A stretch of DNA of 64,000 nucleotides from Octopus sinensis (lineage: Eukaryota). Position numbers and translations under genes: made by a program. Positions 1 to 14,973 of the stretch are shown here, piece after piece. The notes beneath the pieces were generated by a model. It was not told the origin of the DNA, made no database searches, and saw only the letters and a program-made list of their open reading frames with translations. The stretch's first letter is position 1; every line of letters begins with the position of its first letter. The stretch is taken from contig NC_042998.1 in assembly GCF_006345805.1 (NCBI RefSeq), positions 89,962,001 through 90,026,000 of the forward strand, given 5' to 3'.

Positions 1-149
1 TCAGTAAACTTTTATGGTCCTAATCGACGAACTGGGCATCCCTGTCCTTAGGTTGGTTCCAGTCCGCAATTATGTTTTATAGTCCTAATCAACAAACAGG
101 GAATCCCACGCCTGCAGCAGGTAGCGTTTAAAATACGGACAAGAGCTAT

Positions 150-985
150 AGATCTCATTACTGGAGTTTAAAAGGGCTGTTAAGAGAGTCTTGAAGGATC
201 CTCGCTCGTTTTGCTATGCAAACATACAATTTTCGACACCGCAGCCCCCTATTACAACGAAGCTCTGGCGTCCAGTGGGTTTAAGGACCGTATCTCCTAT
301 ATGCCGGGCCCTAGTCACCACAAAAGGAAGCCCCACCGGAAAATCATTTGGCTTGCCCACCCATCTCTCTCAACATAAAAACCTGTGTGAGAAGGAACCG
401 GCCATACACCTCACAGAACTTTCTGATTAGTGTAAATTGGTAAATATCCCTTAGCTAAACAGTCAATAAAGCCAGAACACAAATGCAATTTTTGCCTGAA
501 GAAGCGAACATATGTAATAATGGCTCCCCTTAAAATCTATGGATATTGCAAATCATGTGCTTTGTGGAAACGTACGTAACAATGCAGTAAAGTATTGATG
601 AATTTCATTCAAAAGTTTTCGTTATTACTATATTTATACTACGCTATAACTGCACCAGACTAATAACCATCCTATAAAATTATTCTGGAAGATGAGAATG
701 AGAAATACATAGCCGGAAAAAATAGCATAGGGGCTTTTTACGAGCACACTCAAAAGAGTTTCCCATAAACGAAGTTAAAGGATATATATATAATTATAAT
801 AAGGGTTCAGCAAAAATTGCTTCACCACATACCGAAATTTAGAAATAGCAGTTAAATACTACCCCACTACCATAAGATATCTCCCAGACAGTAATACTCT
901 CAACTCACTCAGGTAAAGAGAAAAAATAACGAATCTACCCGACTTTGATTAACTATAGACGCGTTTCTGGGTTAAAGAGATGTAA
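150..985 (+). mobile_element. Degenerate Penelope-like element (PLE) 3' fragment
   Basis: A frame not in the ORF track reads IFDTAAPYYNEALASSGFKDRISYMP...RKPHRKIIWL (~228-370), resembling the PLE post-RT thumb/linker (AAPYYNEAL...RKIIWFNPP type). The downstream part is decayed. Confidence 0.5.
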
Positions 986-1261
986 ATAGATGTAAAGTCA
1001 TATTTCTACTCACTTATTCCCGTCGTCAGTATAGTATTTCAATTTTAAATTTGAGACCACTGATAATTAATATACGTATTCGACCAAGCGACATCGAACA
1101 GCTTATATCCAAAAACCAGTACTTCCGAATGCAAACAGACGAGTGAGATCTCGCATTCTTCCCCAATCACCCATGTGTACCACGAGTAATTCCGCAGAAA
1201 CTGCAGTTTACTATCAAGGAGTGAATTATATTATCAATTATAATGAGGGTAAAATTAATTA

Positions 1262-1264
1262 ATT

Positions 1265-1297
<33 letters not shown>

Positions 1298-1313
1298 TCA
1301 CACACACACGCAT

Positions 1314-1356
<43 letters not shown>

Positions 1357-1371
1357 ATATATATATATATT

Positions 1372-1404
<33 letters not shown>
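1262..1404. repeat. Compound (TA)n/(CA)n microsatellite
   Basis: Directly visible. Confidence 0.95.
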
Positions 1405-1405
<1 letters not shown>

Positions 1406-1659
1406 CTTACTCCCTAAAAACGGAGATGACCATGGTTAATATGCCTCGCCTCATAGGCTTGCTCGATCAGGGTTGACCAATAGATGTATATGTGTATGTT
1501 TATAAATATCAAGATTAATCAGCCGAAATTGCGAGGATGATCCGGTTCTTGACTGAAGATTAAAGGCTTTGAATGACCCGTCCGTGTTTTTTGTATCGTC
1601 TATTTGGATGTTTTGCGTTCTTGTCCCATTTTGTATTTTATATATTTATAAATAGATGG

Positions 1660-1800
<141 letters not shown>

Positions 1801-1857
1801 AGCCTTTCATATAGACATAGTATATCTAGAAAGAATTTCATTTTCCATAGATATATA

Positions 1858-2758
1858 CGAGAAGGTACCCAAAAGTAACCGGAAACGTTCTCTGTAGGAC
1901 AAGCCCGTTGTAGTTCATGCTACCACTACTACAGGCCACTTGATGCGACCCTCAAATATGAGTATGTCGATGAGCGTCGTCCGGTGAGATCGTAGAGCTA
2001 CGTGGTGCATCTTTGGTTTGCAGTGCTTCTCCCTTGTTCGTTGATTCTTGCGTTGGATGAAAAGAAGGAACAGCGTACTTCCGTGAAATTCTGTTTTCTG
2101 CTGGGAAAAACAGCGGCTGAAACAGTTGTCATGCTTCAAATAGCTGACAAGGATGCTGTCATGAGCAATACGCAAGCTTATGGGCGGTTTTCACGCTTTG
2201 GGAATGGTCACTTGTCAATTGAAGACTAACCTCGTTCAGAGTAGCCGTCGACCTCCCAAACGAATGAAAGCATTATGAAAATTTATGAACTGATCTTGGA
2301 GGACCATCAACGAACAATTGACGAATGTGTTGATGTGGCTAGTGTGACCTGGGGCTCCTGTCAACGATTCTTGAGCGAGGAATCGCGAATGAAAAAAATT
2401 GCAGCAAGATTTGTACCTCGTCTGCTTACGGAAGATCAAAAACAGTCATGGCGTGTTATGAACTGAAAGAATAATTGGAAGTTGATCCGGGCCTTTTTTT
2501 GAAGGTCATCACCGGTGACGAAAGCTAGGGCTACGGAATTTGCAGATGTGGAAGAGGTGAATAAAAAAAATCGACGAAAGCGTTAAAAGGCATCACTTCG
2601 CAGGAGTTCCAGCACTGCTTCGAATAGAGGCAAACGCGCCTGGACTGATGCATTTCTTCAAATGAAGGACGCTTTGAAGGCAATAAAAATGTAAACGTGT
2701 AAAACTAAGTTAATAAAGTAATATTGCAAAATTCCGGTTTTGTTTGGATACCCCCTCG
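1858..2758 (+). mobile_element. Defective mariner-like DNA transposon
   Basis: Imperfect TIRs CGAGAAGGTACCCAAAAGTAACCGGAA / TTCCGGTTTTGTTTGGATACCCCCTCG in TA context. Transposase remnants include KKIAARFVPRLLTEDQK (mariner WVP-type motif; ORFs 2002-2229 and 2275-2466). Confidence 0.85.
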
Positions 2759-2778
2759 ATATATACATATATATTATA

Positions 2779-2937
2779 CGACGGGCTTCTTTCAGTTTCC
2801 ATCTACCAAATCCACTCACAAGGCTTTGGTCGGCCCGAGGTTACAGTAAAAAACACTTGCTTAAGGTGCCGCGCAGTGAGACTGAACCCGGAACCAGGTG
2901 GTAAGGAAGTAAGCTTCTTACCACACAGTCACGCCTG
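2779..2937 (-). mobile_element. tRNA-derived SINE, 5' half (family of 15177-15670)
   Basis: Matches the head region of the full copies at 15177-15670 and 32349-32810. Confidence 0.85.
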
Positions 2938-3065
2938 TTGAGCACAAATTTGTTATTCTTTAACATGAATAGTACCGGCAATGTCTTCGAGGTTTCGGCT
3001 AGCTAAGCCATCATCGGACAGTCCAAACACTGATGTACTGTCAATGTGATTCTTGGTAAAGGATA

Positions 3066-3267
<202 letters not shown>

Positions 3268-3488
3268 TGGGTAGAAAGGAAAACAAATCACTTCTTTTCA
3301 AAACCTCTTTAATGGTAAGTTTAAAGACCCTTTAACAACTTCATTCAGTTTTAATTGAATGAAGTCAGTGATTTTATAGTGTGAGGCCTCTTTAACACTG
3401 TTTATCGCGAAAAAATACTTAGATTCTCATTTATTTTCAGTTTGGAGTTTGGCAAGCCATTTATTTCCTCGGTATAATAGCGGCTGAG

Positions 3489-3564
<76 letters not shown>

Positions 3565-4320
3565 CGTCTGTCTGGCCACTAATAAATAGACACTATTGTT
3601 GGTTGATGAATTAGTCAATTTACAACTACAACAACAACTACTACTACTACTACTACTACTAGAAAACAACAGCAACAACAATAATAACGACAGTAACAAC
3701 AACAAAGATCAGAATAACAATGAAAACAACAACAACAGCAGCAGCATCAGGAACACCCAGTTAGGAAAACAGACACTACAAGGTCTACTACTGTGATAAC
3801 AAATAGATGCAACAAGAATAACTACTACAACTACTAATACTGCTGCTGCTGCTGCTACTACTACTACTACTACTACCACCGCTGCTGCTACTACTACTAC
3901 TACTACCACCGCTGCTGCTACTACTACTACTGTCACTGCAACAACTACGAGCATCACCACCAGCGACGGCATCAACACCACCACCACCACCATCACCAAC
4001 GCCATTACTACTGCTATGCTACTACTACTACTACTACTACAATTACTACTACTTTTCTTCTTCTTCTTCATCTTTTTCTACTCCCACTTCTTTCTCCGCT
4101 AATGCAACGGCCACTACAATGAAAACAAGGACGACATTAACAGGACTTCACGATTATTATCAGTAGCAACGACAAGATCAACAGCAAGAACAATACGACC
4201 CAGTCAGGAAAGTCACAACAACAACAGTTGTATCGATAAACAAGAGCAAGATAGACGAAACATCATCATCATCTTCATCATCATTTGATAAAAATACAAA
4301 TAACAACAAAAATATTATGG
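3489..4320. repeat. Trinucleotide low-complexity tract ((TAG)n, (CTA)n, (CAA)n, (CTG)n, (CAT)n)
   Basis: Directly visible. Confidence 0.9.
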
Positions 4321-5892
4321 AAAAGAAAGCAAAAATAAAAGGAGTGGAACACCAGCAATAACAGAGCCATCGAGGAAGCCTCAATGTAGTCGTCCGACTA
4401 GCTAGGAATAACAACCACATCTCCCTCAAATTACACACCACCATCTTAAGAAAGAAATGGCACTTATAAATACACACTGTTTTAAATAAATAAATAAATA
4501 AATAAATAAAAATGAGGCAGTCACAGCAAGATTGTTTTTGATCATAAATCTGCTGGGCCAAATCTACCTAGGGCTAAACAATAGCAGCTATAACAACAGG
4601 CCAATGACTGAGCAGTGGAACCTACGTGATCGCTTAACCTGCTGTGAATAACAGTCGAATATCTTTAGCATATATATGCTACAGTCATAAAAATGATCAC
4701 CTTGGATTATATATTCCAATATACACTATTCCTGAATATTAGATTGGATAGTCGTTGTTTGAATGCCTTTCACTGTATGTTCAATCAAAGCTTATTTGGG
4801 GTTAAACAATAATAAATAACTATAACGACTCCACAAGAAAGCTCGCATGAGAGCAAACAACTATCTCAAATGTCATTTCACTGTCTCTGAAAAAAAATGG
4901 GTATGTTCATATTGTTCGATACGTTATATAATGTTTTAATAAAAGACAAAATTGTCATGGCTGGAACACTTTTCTTTAAAGAGCAGCTCGATTGGTGTAG
5001 CCTTGGCTTAAAAAGAAACACCAATAATAGAGGAATTCCCCACAAAAAGAATTAAAACTGAAAGGAGAGAAAAACGAAAAGAATATACATATATATTTAT
5101 ATATATATATATATATATAAAAGACAAAAAGTGAAAAAACTACAGAAGGCTTGTGTTATATGGTTAAAGAATATATTTAAATCGTTATGTTAGAAAAATG
5201 TTATAAAATTTTTCGTATAGTAACATAGTTTTTGGAGAAATAACTGGTTTCGTATTTTCTTTTCAAATTTCTCAAATTTCTTTACCTCTATTGTGTCATG
5301 TCTTCGCTATGTTGTGAAATATGGAGTTCCAGGCAGGGGAAGGTAATCAGGGATTTTTTCCGGTATAAGGGAGATAATCAAAAATGTTGGGAATGACTAG
5401 GCTTGATCAATTTAACAAGATTTGGTTTAGAAGGAATAAAATATTACAAGTGGTTAGGTTTTGCTTCATATTTTTTACAATGAGGTGAGTTTCCTTATTT
5501 AGAAATGTTAGAAATGGTTATGGTTTGGCCTATATTTTTCAATGAAGAATTTCCTTATTTAATTTAACTTATGTTGGCGTTCCATTGGCACATTGATAGA
5601 ATGGAAAGATTACAAATTGTGGTAGCAGTTGCTTTGCGCATTTCTCAATATGTTCACTAAAAGGTATCATTCTGTATTCTGGGAATGCAATCTGCTGTCA
5701 ATACATAGTGCATCTGCGTCTGAGCGATAATCCCGTGAACCCTATGTGGTTTTGGTGGCAGCCTGAGCATCTTATGACATAAATCAGGTGTGTATATGTA
5801 TGTGCCCCGGCATGACCGCAGCTTTAAAGCTGAAACAAGTTAAAGAGCTTTCTATATATTTATATATATATATAAAGAGCTTTCTATATATT

Positions 5893-5938
<46 letters not shown>

Positions 5939-5940
<2 letters not shown>

Positions 5941-6335
5941 CAAAATAAGCAACAGGATATCGTTTCAAGCGACTCCATTTAATTGAACAATGCAATCATA
6001 ACATCAATTTAAATGGAGAGTAATCCTCAGCTGCATAATTACATAGAATTAAATTAAATTAAAACAGATGGACACATTAGTATAATTTTACCTAAAACTT
6101 CCAAGAAGGTAAGGAGATTGACAAAGAACATGCTGTCTTCACTTCAGTTTGGAGGTTTTAGGTAAAATCATACTTATGTGTCCATCTGTTTTAATTTAAT
6201 TCAATTCTATATAATTATGCAGCCATGGATTGCTCTGCATTTAAATTGATGTAACGGTTGCATTGTTCAATTAAATGGAGTCGCTTGAAACGATTGTACT
6301 GCATTACCACTGGATATCATGTTGCTTATTTTGAT
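5939..6335. mobile_element. Foldback/MITE-like element with ~160-bp imperfect inverted arms
   Basis: ATCAAAATAAGCAACAGGATATC...TTTTACCTAAAAC is mirrored by GTTTTAGGTAAAATC...GATATCATGTTGCTTATTTTGAT around a ~50-bp spacer. Confidence 0.75.
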
Positions 6336-6416
6336 TTTAATCACCTTATTTTGAAACTGTATTAAATTCTGGTGCCTCTACTTAAGTACCTAATTCATCT
6401 GAATCTAAAGTTTGGC

Positions 6417-6511
<95 letters not shown>

Positions 6512-7871
6512 GTTGAAAAGGAAAACATGAGTTGATATGTATAAGGAAAATAAGACAAGGTAGAAAATGCTAAAATAATTTTATCATGAAGAACATTTTA
6601 GTACTGGTTTCAGTCCTTGTGACTTTTCAACTTAGTGTAAAGCATGAAGAACAATTAAATTGTTGGAAATTTAAATGAAATTTTTTTTTTTTAATATTTA
6701 CATGGTTTTTTCAAATACCAGATCATAATACAGAAAAATAGAATTCAGCGAACACATCACTTTTTATGTATTACGCTTCACAGAAAGAACTTAGTATTTA
6801 ACGAAGTCCTTTTTGGGAAAATGTTTCATTTTATTAACTAAAAAAACTATTCTGAAGATAAAAAAAACATATTTACTAAGCTATTGTTATGTTCAACATG
6901 CATATGTTATTGAGATATGTAAACTGCGGTTCGAAATTCGAGGGGAAGCCGGCGATATTTACATTCACACAATCGATGAAATGTGTTGTTGTACACATTC
7001 CGTATGTATCAGTTATGCTGCTAATTTTTTTGTGTATGTTTATTATTGCTGGGATTTTTAAAGACGGTTGAGTGTGATTTGAAAATTTTGGCTCCTATTT
7101 CTTGATAAGTGATAACGTTGATGGCTCATTAATTTCACGTAAGAAACAAAAATATGTTAGTAAATGGATCTTCGTTGGTTGAGAGTATTCCACTATTCAA
7201 TCAACTGAGTTATCTCCACATTGAAATAGACTGTAAGTAATTGAGCATTCCATAGACATGTAAACAATTAACGTAATTCATTAAAAGAATCAGTATGATA
7301 CTGTGTATCAAGGTTGGACTTTTGAATTACAAGTAGACTCCAACCCTCGTTCTTCTGTAGAGTTTCTGCCTATCCAGCTTCACTAACAAACCTTGGACAC
7401 TTGCCTAAGATGCACTATAATGAGTACGAGGCCGGGACTTCATGTAATGAGACTGGGTCTTTGAAATAATAAATAATGCACCCGTCACAGTTTCCGCTCA
7501 ATTTTTTACTCACAAGACCAAGGTTGAAGTAAAAGTCACTTGCTCAAGATGCCACGCAGTGAGATCGAAACCTGTCTCTCATGACTGCGAAGCAAATTGT
7601 TTAACCATTCGGCCACGCTGCGTAGAATAGAGTTGTGTACACCAAAGATATATATGCATAACAAGGGTTCTCAAGAGTATCAACACGTAGACGAATGTCC
7701 ATCTTGCGCATATCGTTGTTAACTAAGTAGCCATTAAGTCAAGCAAGTGCATGTATGTATACGATATACGTACACGTGTATACGGAGCAGTTTTGCGCAT
7801 TTATATACTTCCTGTACGCAAGAATACAAAAGCAGATGTGCGCACATAAACGCTTAGATAGAAACACACAT

Positions 7872-7972
7872 GTTAGTTAGTTAGTTAGTTAATTTGGCTC
7901 AAAAGCAAATAGCAAGGCCATGTAGGGGGACATGGAGTTAAGTACAGGGTGGTGCTCATGTAAAGAGTTCAT
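7872..7972 (-). mobile_element. Short LINE-type 3' end with (CTAA)n tail
   Basis: About 80 bp of GC-richer sequence ending, on the minus strand, in a (CTAA)n tandem tail typical of CR1/L2-group 3' ends. Confidence 0.4.
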
Positions 7973-8377
7973 ACTCGTATGTACACATATATCCAAACAT
8001 ACATACATATATATGCATACATGCATGCATACATACGAGATATTTATACATTAATCACTTTATGTCTGTATTTCTTAACTTGCTTAAATCAGTGAAATTA
8101 CGCCACTGTTATCAAATAAGAGATGTGTGTGTGTGTGTGGTGTGTGTGTGTGTGTGTGTGTGTTGTGTGTGTGTGTGTGTGTATGTACCCTACGGACCTA
8201 ACAGACTCAGCTGAAGCTTACGGTAATCTAATCAAAAAATGATTAGAAGTCGGCTTTTTCAATTGAGGAAGAGTGGGGCAAGATTGGATGAGGTCTGTGG
8301 AAGAGAGAGATATGTGGCAGTAATAGATAAAATGTCGAGTGCAGGAGATAATTTTTTGTAAGTGGACGTAATTGTTT

Positions 8378-8651
<274 letters not shown>

Positions 8652-8655
8652 CTGA

Positions 8656-8735
<80 letters not shown>

Positions 8736-10584
8736 CATAAATATACACATATGCACATATACAGACATAAAACTGACTTCTACCAGGACGAATGTAAAAT
8801 AAGTAAATATGCCTGCTTTTTTGTAATAAATTTAGAAGTTAAAGGCTTTTATTGTTTCTAGCCCCAAAGTCAGCCCTGATCAAAGGTACTGCAGCCATGA
8901 TTATCTCATTTTTAATAGAACAGTATTCTATATTGAGCTAGCCTGAATAACATTCAATAACAGTTCGGTAATAAATTACTTCTCTGAGCCAAGACATAGC
9001 ATCAAGAAAGGAAGAAAACATTGGGTAATGTCTTAAATACACCGTGCCTAAAATAACCAAATGACAGGCTAGTCAAGGCTGGAATGTCTTTGGCCAAAGA
9101 TTTTCTCGGCCAAAATTTACCCGGGGCTAAACAACAACAAAATATTTCTTTGTCATTGCAATAAGAGAGGGAATGTTAGAGAAGAGACGAATAACCTTTG
9201 CCCTCGACTTATATACAGTGCTTGAAGTTATTACTAAGCACTAAAGAGTTGTGTGTCAGTCAACCTCACCACTAAAAATGTGAGCGGCGTAGCTGCATAC
9301 CATATGTATTTACACACACACACACACACACGCTCGTACATACACACTCAATCACACACACAGATATTCGTGTGGGTGGCTGAATGCGTACTTGTGGGTG
9401 TAGAACTATGTGAATATAAACGAGTGTTTTTGCCTTTATATTTATGAATGTTTACGCGTGTATGTGTCTGTGTATGTGTTAATTTGCGTATGTGCATATA
9501 CATATGTGTCCATGCAACTGACGTTCTTCTCTGAAGTGAAACCGCCGACGACTTCCTACTTTAGATGAAGGTCAAGCCACATACATAGCTGTGACACAAC
9601 TGACCTCACACAGATCACAAGACCTTGAAGGCATTTAAGAAATTGTTGCATTTGTTCTTGTTGTTGCTGTCCTTTAATTATTCTATCGATGTTGTTGTCG
9701 TCGCCGTTGCTGTTGTTCTTGTTAGTACTTGTAGCTTCTTTTTCTTACTTTGTTTTCTTATTGTCAACATGTACATCATGAATTCTTCGTCACTCAACAA
9801 GGAACAACACTACTGACACGTTTTCTCTGCCAGAGACTTCCTGATGATAAGCAATCTTCAAGCAAACAGTCTCTTAGCTTCGACACGAAATTTTTGTTTG
9901 TCCACCACATGAAATCTTGTCGTACAGATGAATGGATTTCAGGAAAGTATCGTTTTTGTCATCTTTGTGCTTTTGGGACATATAGAAGCATAAACTAGAT
10001 CACGTGGGTCAGATAGGGACAAGTACTCCTAAAATCCTTATTCATAAAGTAGTAAGTGAATTGAGTTTAAGGTACATTATAATATCTTTGCTAACAATAA
10101 AACAATGCAAGTATAGTTTGTGTGCAGGAATGTGAGGGGACATCTCGTCAATATGGTATATATTCAGACCAATTAAGTAAATGTCATTAGAGTAAGAACA
10201 GGGAAAGAAATTATCCGAATGAATGCTTAGAATTCTTGAGAAGATCAATGCTTTGCAGAAGGCTTACACTGTTTCAACAGCAAAGTCTTTTAACTTCGTT
10301 CATATCACAAGAATCCATTTGGACAGATAGCTGCGTAGATCTGCAAATAAACAAATAAATTAATTAATTAATGAAAGGAAATATTTAAAAAAATGAAATG
10401 AAATATAAAAAGAAAATGTCGTTTGGCTCAGCGTGTATCGACAAGAGGAAGGGGTAATAGATAGATATTCTAGTATTTGAATTCATAAACTTTTTTTTGG
10501 TGGGGATAAGATTTGGTAAAGCACACTAATATTACTAAATAAAATAAGGCGATGAGCTGGCAGAATCGTTAGCAGGCCGGTTAA

Positions 10585-10765
10585 AATGCTTAGCAACATT
10601 TCGTCCGTCTTTACGTTCTCAGTTCAAACACCACCAGGGTCAACTTTTCCTTTCATCCTTTCGAATTCGATAAAATAAGTACCAGTCAAGTACTGAGGCC
10701 GATGTAATCGATTTACGCTTCCCCCGAAACTCATGGCTTTGTACCAAAATTTGAAATCGATATTA
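10585..10765 (+). mobile_element. tRNA-derived SINE (AAGGCGGCGAGCTGGCAGAA family)
   Basis: Head AAGGCGATGAGCTGGCAGAATCGTTAGC, B-box-like GTTCAAA, shared body TCATCCTTTCG...TAAGTACCAG. Confidence 0.85.
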
Positions 10766-12260
10766 CGAATTGAAACGACTCTTAAGTGGCTCTGACTCTG
10801 AACGCTCGCTGGCGATACATAGTTTACGGAATATTTTAAAATTAGATAACATTTTTTTTAAATGAGTCGGATGCCGTACTATACATTACTGTGGGCCCTA
10901 TTTTAACATTCCTGTTCTAGCAGATTGAGAGACTGCTTAGAGTCTCCTTCATTGGCTCTTAATAAAGCATTTTATCGATGCCATTCGCTTATGGATATTT
11001 TCAGACAGTATATACTCTGCCAATGAAGCTTCCAAGAGAAAGTTTACAATTCGGAGAAGACTACTTTGCATTAGGGACTTTCTCTGAATATTGATTTTTA
11101 AAATCCGTTTAGAACTTAAATTCTCAACATTTCTTTTCAATAAACTTAATCATGTAACACGAAATTTTCAAGTTGTAGTTATCCTTTCCTTGTGGGAAAT
11201 ATAATTATGATATAATATGGATAAAATATACAATTTTTGGTTCGTGATTATAAAAGAATAAACGAATATGATGGCTGATTTCTAAATATGACCATTAGTA
11301 AGCTTTTGTAAATATTCTGTTCTTTGTACATCAGAATGACAAGGCTTGAATCAATACTCAGACCTGCCAAATCAAGCCGAGTTTGAAACATGGTAGACAT
11401 GGTAGACTGGCAGACTTTAAAAAGATTTTTATATGAGTTTGCTAAAAGATCTTTCTAGTGCTACCGTAGCTGGAATTGCCAACATTATTCTCAAACTCAA
11501 ATATTCGGAAATATCTCAAAAATATTATAGGCAAATATTAAATTTAACAATTCTGAAGTTTTCAGGTCTGGTTTTTTAAAAGTTTGCTTGAAGTACCAAT
11601 GATAAATATTGCTATTCTAGTGCAAAAGTTTCTTCCTTAAGATCAACAGGATATTCGTGGGATTTGAACTTTTTCGTTTTCTTTTAGAAATATTTTCCAG
11701 GTGTGGGATATTTCCAAAAGAAATAATATTAAAATGTACCGTCAATCCTGCAATGAATCATCTTTATCAGGAATTCCACCAAGTGTTAATTTATCGACCC
11801 CGAAAGGGTGGAAGTTAAAGTCGACCTCGGCGGAATCTTAACTCAGAACGTGAAGACGAACGAAATGCCACTAAGCATTTTGCACTTTTCAATAAATATT
11901 ATACCCCAGGCAAAAGCCCTCTACATCTTTTTTCTGAACATTTAAGTAGCAAATTAAAAATGATGAAATCAATCTTATATCAAAATGTATGAAGAATAAT
12001 GTATGGAAAAAACAACAACTTCATATTACTGTACAGTAGAGTTTTTCCTTGATTTAGTAAGAAATAAAGAATAATAAATTCCTCTGTCTATATGAATAGC
12101 CCCCCCCCGCCCCTTCCCCCCAAAAAGTAAAGAAATTATATGATATACTCGGATAAATAAAGCCTCTCTAATTAATCCCTACTGTGCGACATTATCGAGA
12201 ACACGAAGTTTGTATATTTCGCAAATAAGCTGACTTTACCTAATCTATTGTAATGCTAGC

Positions 12261-12380
12261 TAAGGCGGCGACCTGGCAGAAACGTTAGCATGCCGGGCGA
12301 AATGCTTAGCGATATTTCGTCTGTCTTTATGTTCTGTGTTCAAATTCCTTTCGAGGTCGATAAATTAAGTACCAGTTCTG
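12261..12380 (+). mobile_element. tRNA-derived SINE (same family), 3'-truncated
   Basis: TAAGGCGGCGACCTGGCAGAAACGTTAGCATGCCGGGCG...AAGTACCAG. Confidence 0.85.
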
Positions 12381-13462
12381 CCCCCCCCCCCAAAAAAAAA
12401 AAATATCAGATATTTCCATCCAACGAAGGGACCTCTATATAGTCGCTCGAGCAGGATGAAAACCCAGCCTAATATCCCTCAAATGATGTCTTGTCTTAAA
12501 GCGAAAGGGACGCATTGAATAGTCCTGGATATATAATTTGCGAGAGAAAGACGGGACAGTCCTGGATAGAGCATCTTCGGTTATAAGTCTACTTGGTTAT
12601 TACTGGTCTGGGGCATTTAGTTATTTATTTTGAGAGCACCATAAATGGGATGTTGTGATGTATATCACTCTTAAAAGCCATTGGCAGCATTACTGAGAAG
12701 ATAGGCCTTTAACAGGAACTAACTTCTTGCTCTACATTTTTCGCAAAAGTTTCAGACATAAAATTGATATTGCTGTTGTTGTTGCTGCTGCTGCTGTTAC
12801 AGCTGCTGCTTTTATTGTTGCTGTAGTTCTTTAACACTACACCAGCATTGATGAAATTGATCTATCACTAAGCGTTCCAGCCATGGCATCCCCCCACCTT
12901 GTGTTCAGAAAATGTATTAAGGAGTATATTATCCAATGCTCTTCCACATTGTTTAAGACAGTAAAGTAAGATGTGATCTAAAGAGAATTTAGCTTTAGCT
13001 GCCATGTCTAGCAGTTTGAATGAATACATAAAAGCTGTTTCACTGACTTATAAATAACATTGATTTTTTGCATTTTTAAAACTTTTAACCAGGTGGTAAA
13101 GTGAGTGACCATGATTCTTTACATCCCATCCGACAGGCTTACCACATTTCATTCATAATCTTTGCGTCGGTCCGAGGTTATGGTAAAAGCCATTTTCACA
13201 TGTTATCATACTGTAGGACCGAACTCCAGTCCTTACAACTACAAAGGCACTCAGTTATACCTGCATCCACTCGCACACATGCACTTACAGAGACACACAA
13301 AAACTCTCATCTCTCGCACTCTCACTCTCACACTCTTACAAACAACATTCTTTTTTCTCTTTCTGTCTCTCTATCTCAACTTCTCTTACACTCATACATA
13401 GCAATACGCACACTATTTCTCTCTTTCGATATATCCATGTATATATATATATACACACACAC

Positions 13463-13499
<37 letters not shown>

Positions 13500-13686
13500 A
13501 CACAGAGAGAGAGAAGGGAGAGAGATGAATATGCCGTAAGGTGACACTTGATGCCCTTGTCAACAAGAATTTTACAATGAATTTCAATCTACTCTCAGTA
13601 TTCAGTCTCTCTCATCAGTAAAAATGTTCCTTCAATACTCTTACATTTCTTTCCTAAAATAAACACACTCACACATATATGCATAT

Positions 13687-13745
<59 letters not shown>

Positions 13746-14386
13746 ACACACACATTGTGACCTCCAGTTTATAACAATAAGACATCAAATCATAATAGCA
13801 ATGTCAGTCCTCAGTTGAGTTCCTGACAGAATTATTGTCATAACGTTTGTTTATAATTTGTAATCGCTCTTCACGGAATGCCAAGAATTCTGGGCGGTCT
13901 TTAAAAGCTTCTAAAAAAGTGTATGTGTTGGAGGCGGGATAGTGAAATTAACTCCCAGCATGTAGCTCCTTTCAACTCTGACACTTAAACTTAAATTCCA
14001 CAGCGGAACTTACAATACGAGATAGCAAAGGGTACATCTACGCAGCCGTTCAACAGGCTAGAATTAGTACGAAGTGGATAATATTATAAAGGATGCATTA
14101 GATCTGAATAATAGATGGGAGGGATACGGCTGGAGTGTCCTTGGATATAGTTTTTCTAATTTACACTTAACCTAAAGTAAAAAGTCCGGAAAGTATTTTT
14201 CGCTATTCCTGAAATAAAATTTATAAGATTTTACATTTATTCATGCATCTTAATCAATTCTTAATACTATATAAATAATCGTTATTGTAAGGTGCTACCT
14301 TGAGAATATTTCTACATCTGATGCACTATATGAAAGCGGTTGTGAAGGAAAATATCTTATAGAGAACTAACACTTATATTCTTTTC

Positions 14387-14973
14387 TACTCTAGGCACAA
14401 AGACTGGAATTTTTAGGGAGGAGGCCAGCCGATTAAATCGACCCCTGTACGCAACAGGTACTTATTTAATCGACCCCGAAAGGATGAAAGCAAAGTCGAA
14501 CTCGGTGGAATTTGAACTCAGAACGTATAGAGAGAGAGAGACGAAATACCTATTTCTATTTCTTTACTACCTACAAGGGGCTAAACACAGAGGGGACAAA
14601 CAAAGACAGACAAAGGGATTAAGTCGATTACATCGACCCCAGTGCGTAACTGGAACTTATTTAATCGACCCCGAAAGGATGAAAGGCAAAGTCGACCTCG
14701 GTGGAATTTGAACTCAGAACGTAACAGCAGACGAAATACCTATTTCTTTACTACCCACAAGGGGCTAAACACAGAGAGGACAAACAAAGACAGACAAACG
14801 GATTAAGTCGATTATATCGACCCAAGTGCGTAACTGGTACTTATTTAATCGACCCCAAAAGGATGAAAAGCAAAGTCGACCTCGGCGGAATTTGAACTCA
14901 GAACGTAACGGCAGGCGGAATACGGCTACGCATTTCGCCCGGCGTGCTAACGTTTCTACCAGCTCGCCACCTT
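14387..14973 (-). mobile_element. SINE with head-X-T-X-T-X-tail structure
   Basis: The ~124-bp body segment X occurs three times, separated by two copies of a ~60-66-bp segment T (14551-14616 and 14741-14800). Confidence 0.85.

Noticed and set aside
10-110. Imperfect ~66-bp direct repeat at the window start
   Set aside because: Only two degenerate copies at the window edge, probably part of the PLE remnant, and not interpretable.
9750-9998. Short Cys-containing ORF (SCRTDEW...CHLCAFGTY) reminiscent of TNFR-like repeats
   Set aside because: It has only a partial cysteine pattern, an immediate stop and no supporting neighbouring exons.
10268-10340. Minus-strand exon with good acceptor and donor
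   Set aside because: All three frames contain stops; at most a non-coding exon.
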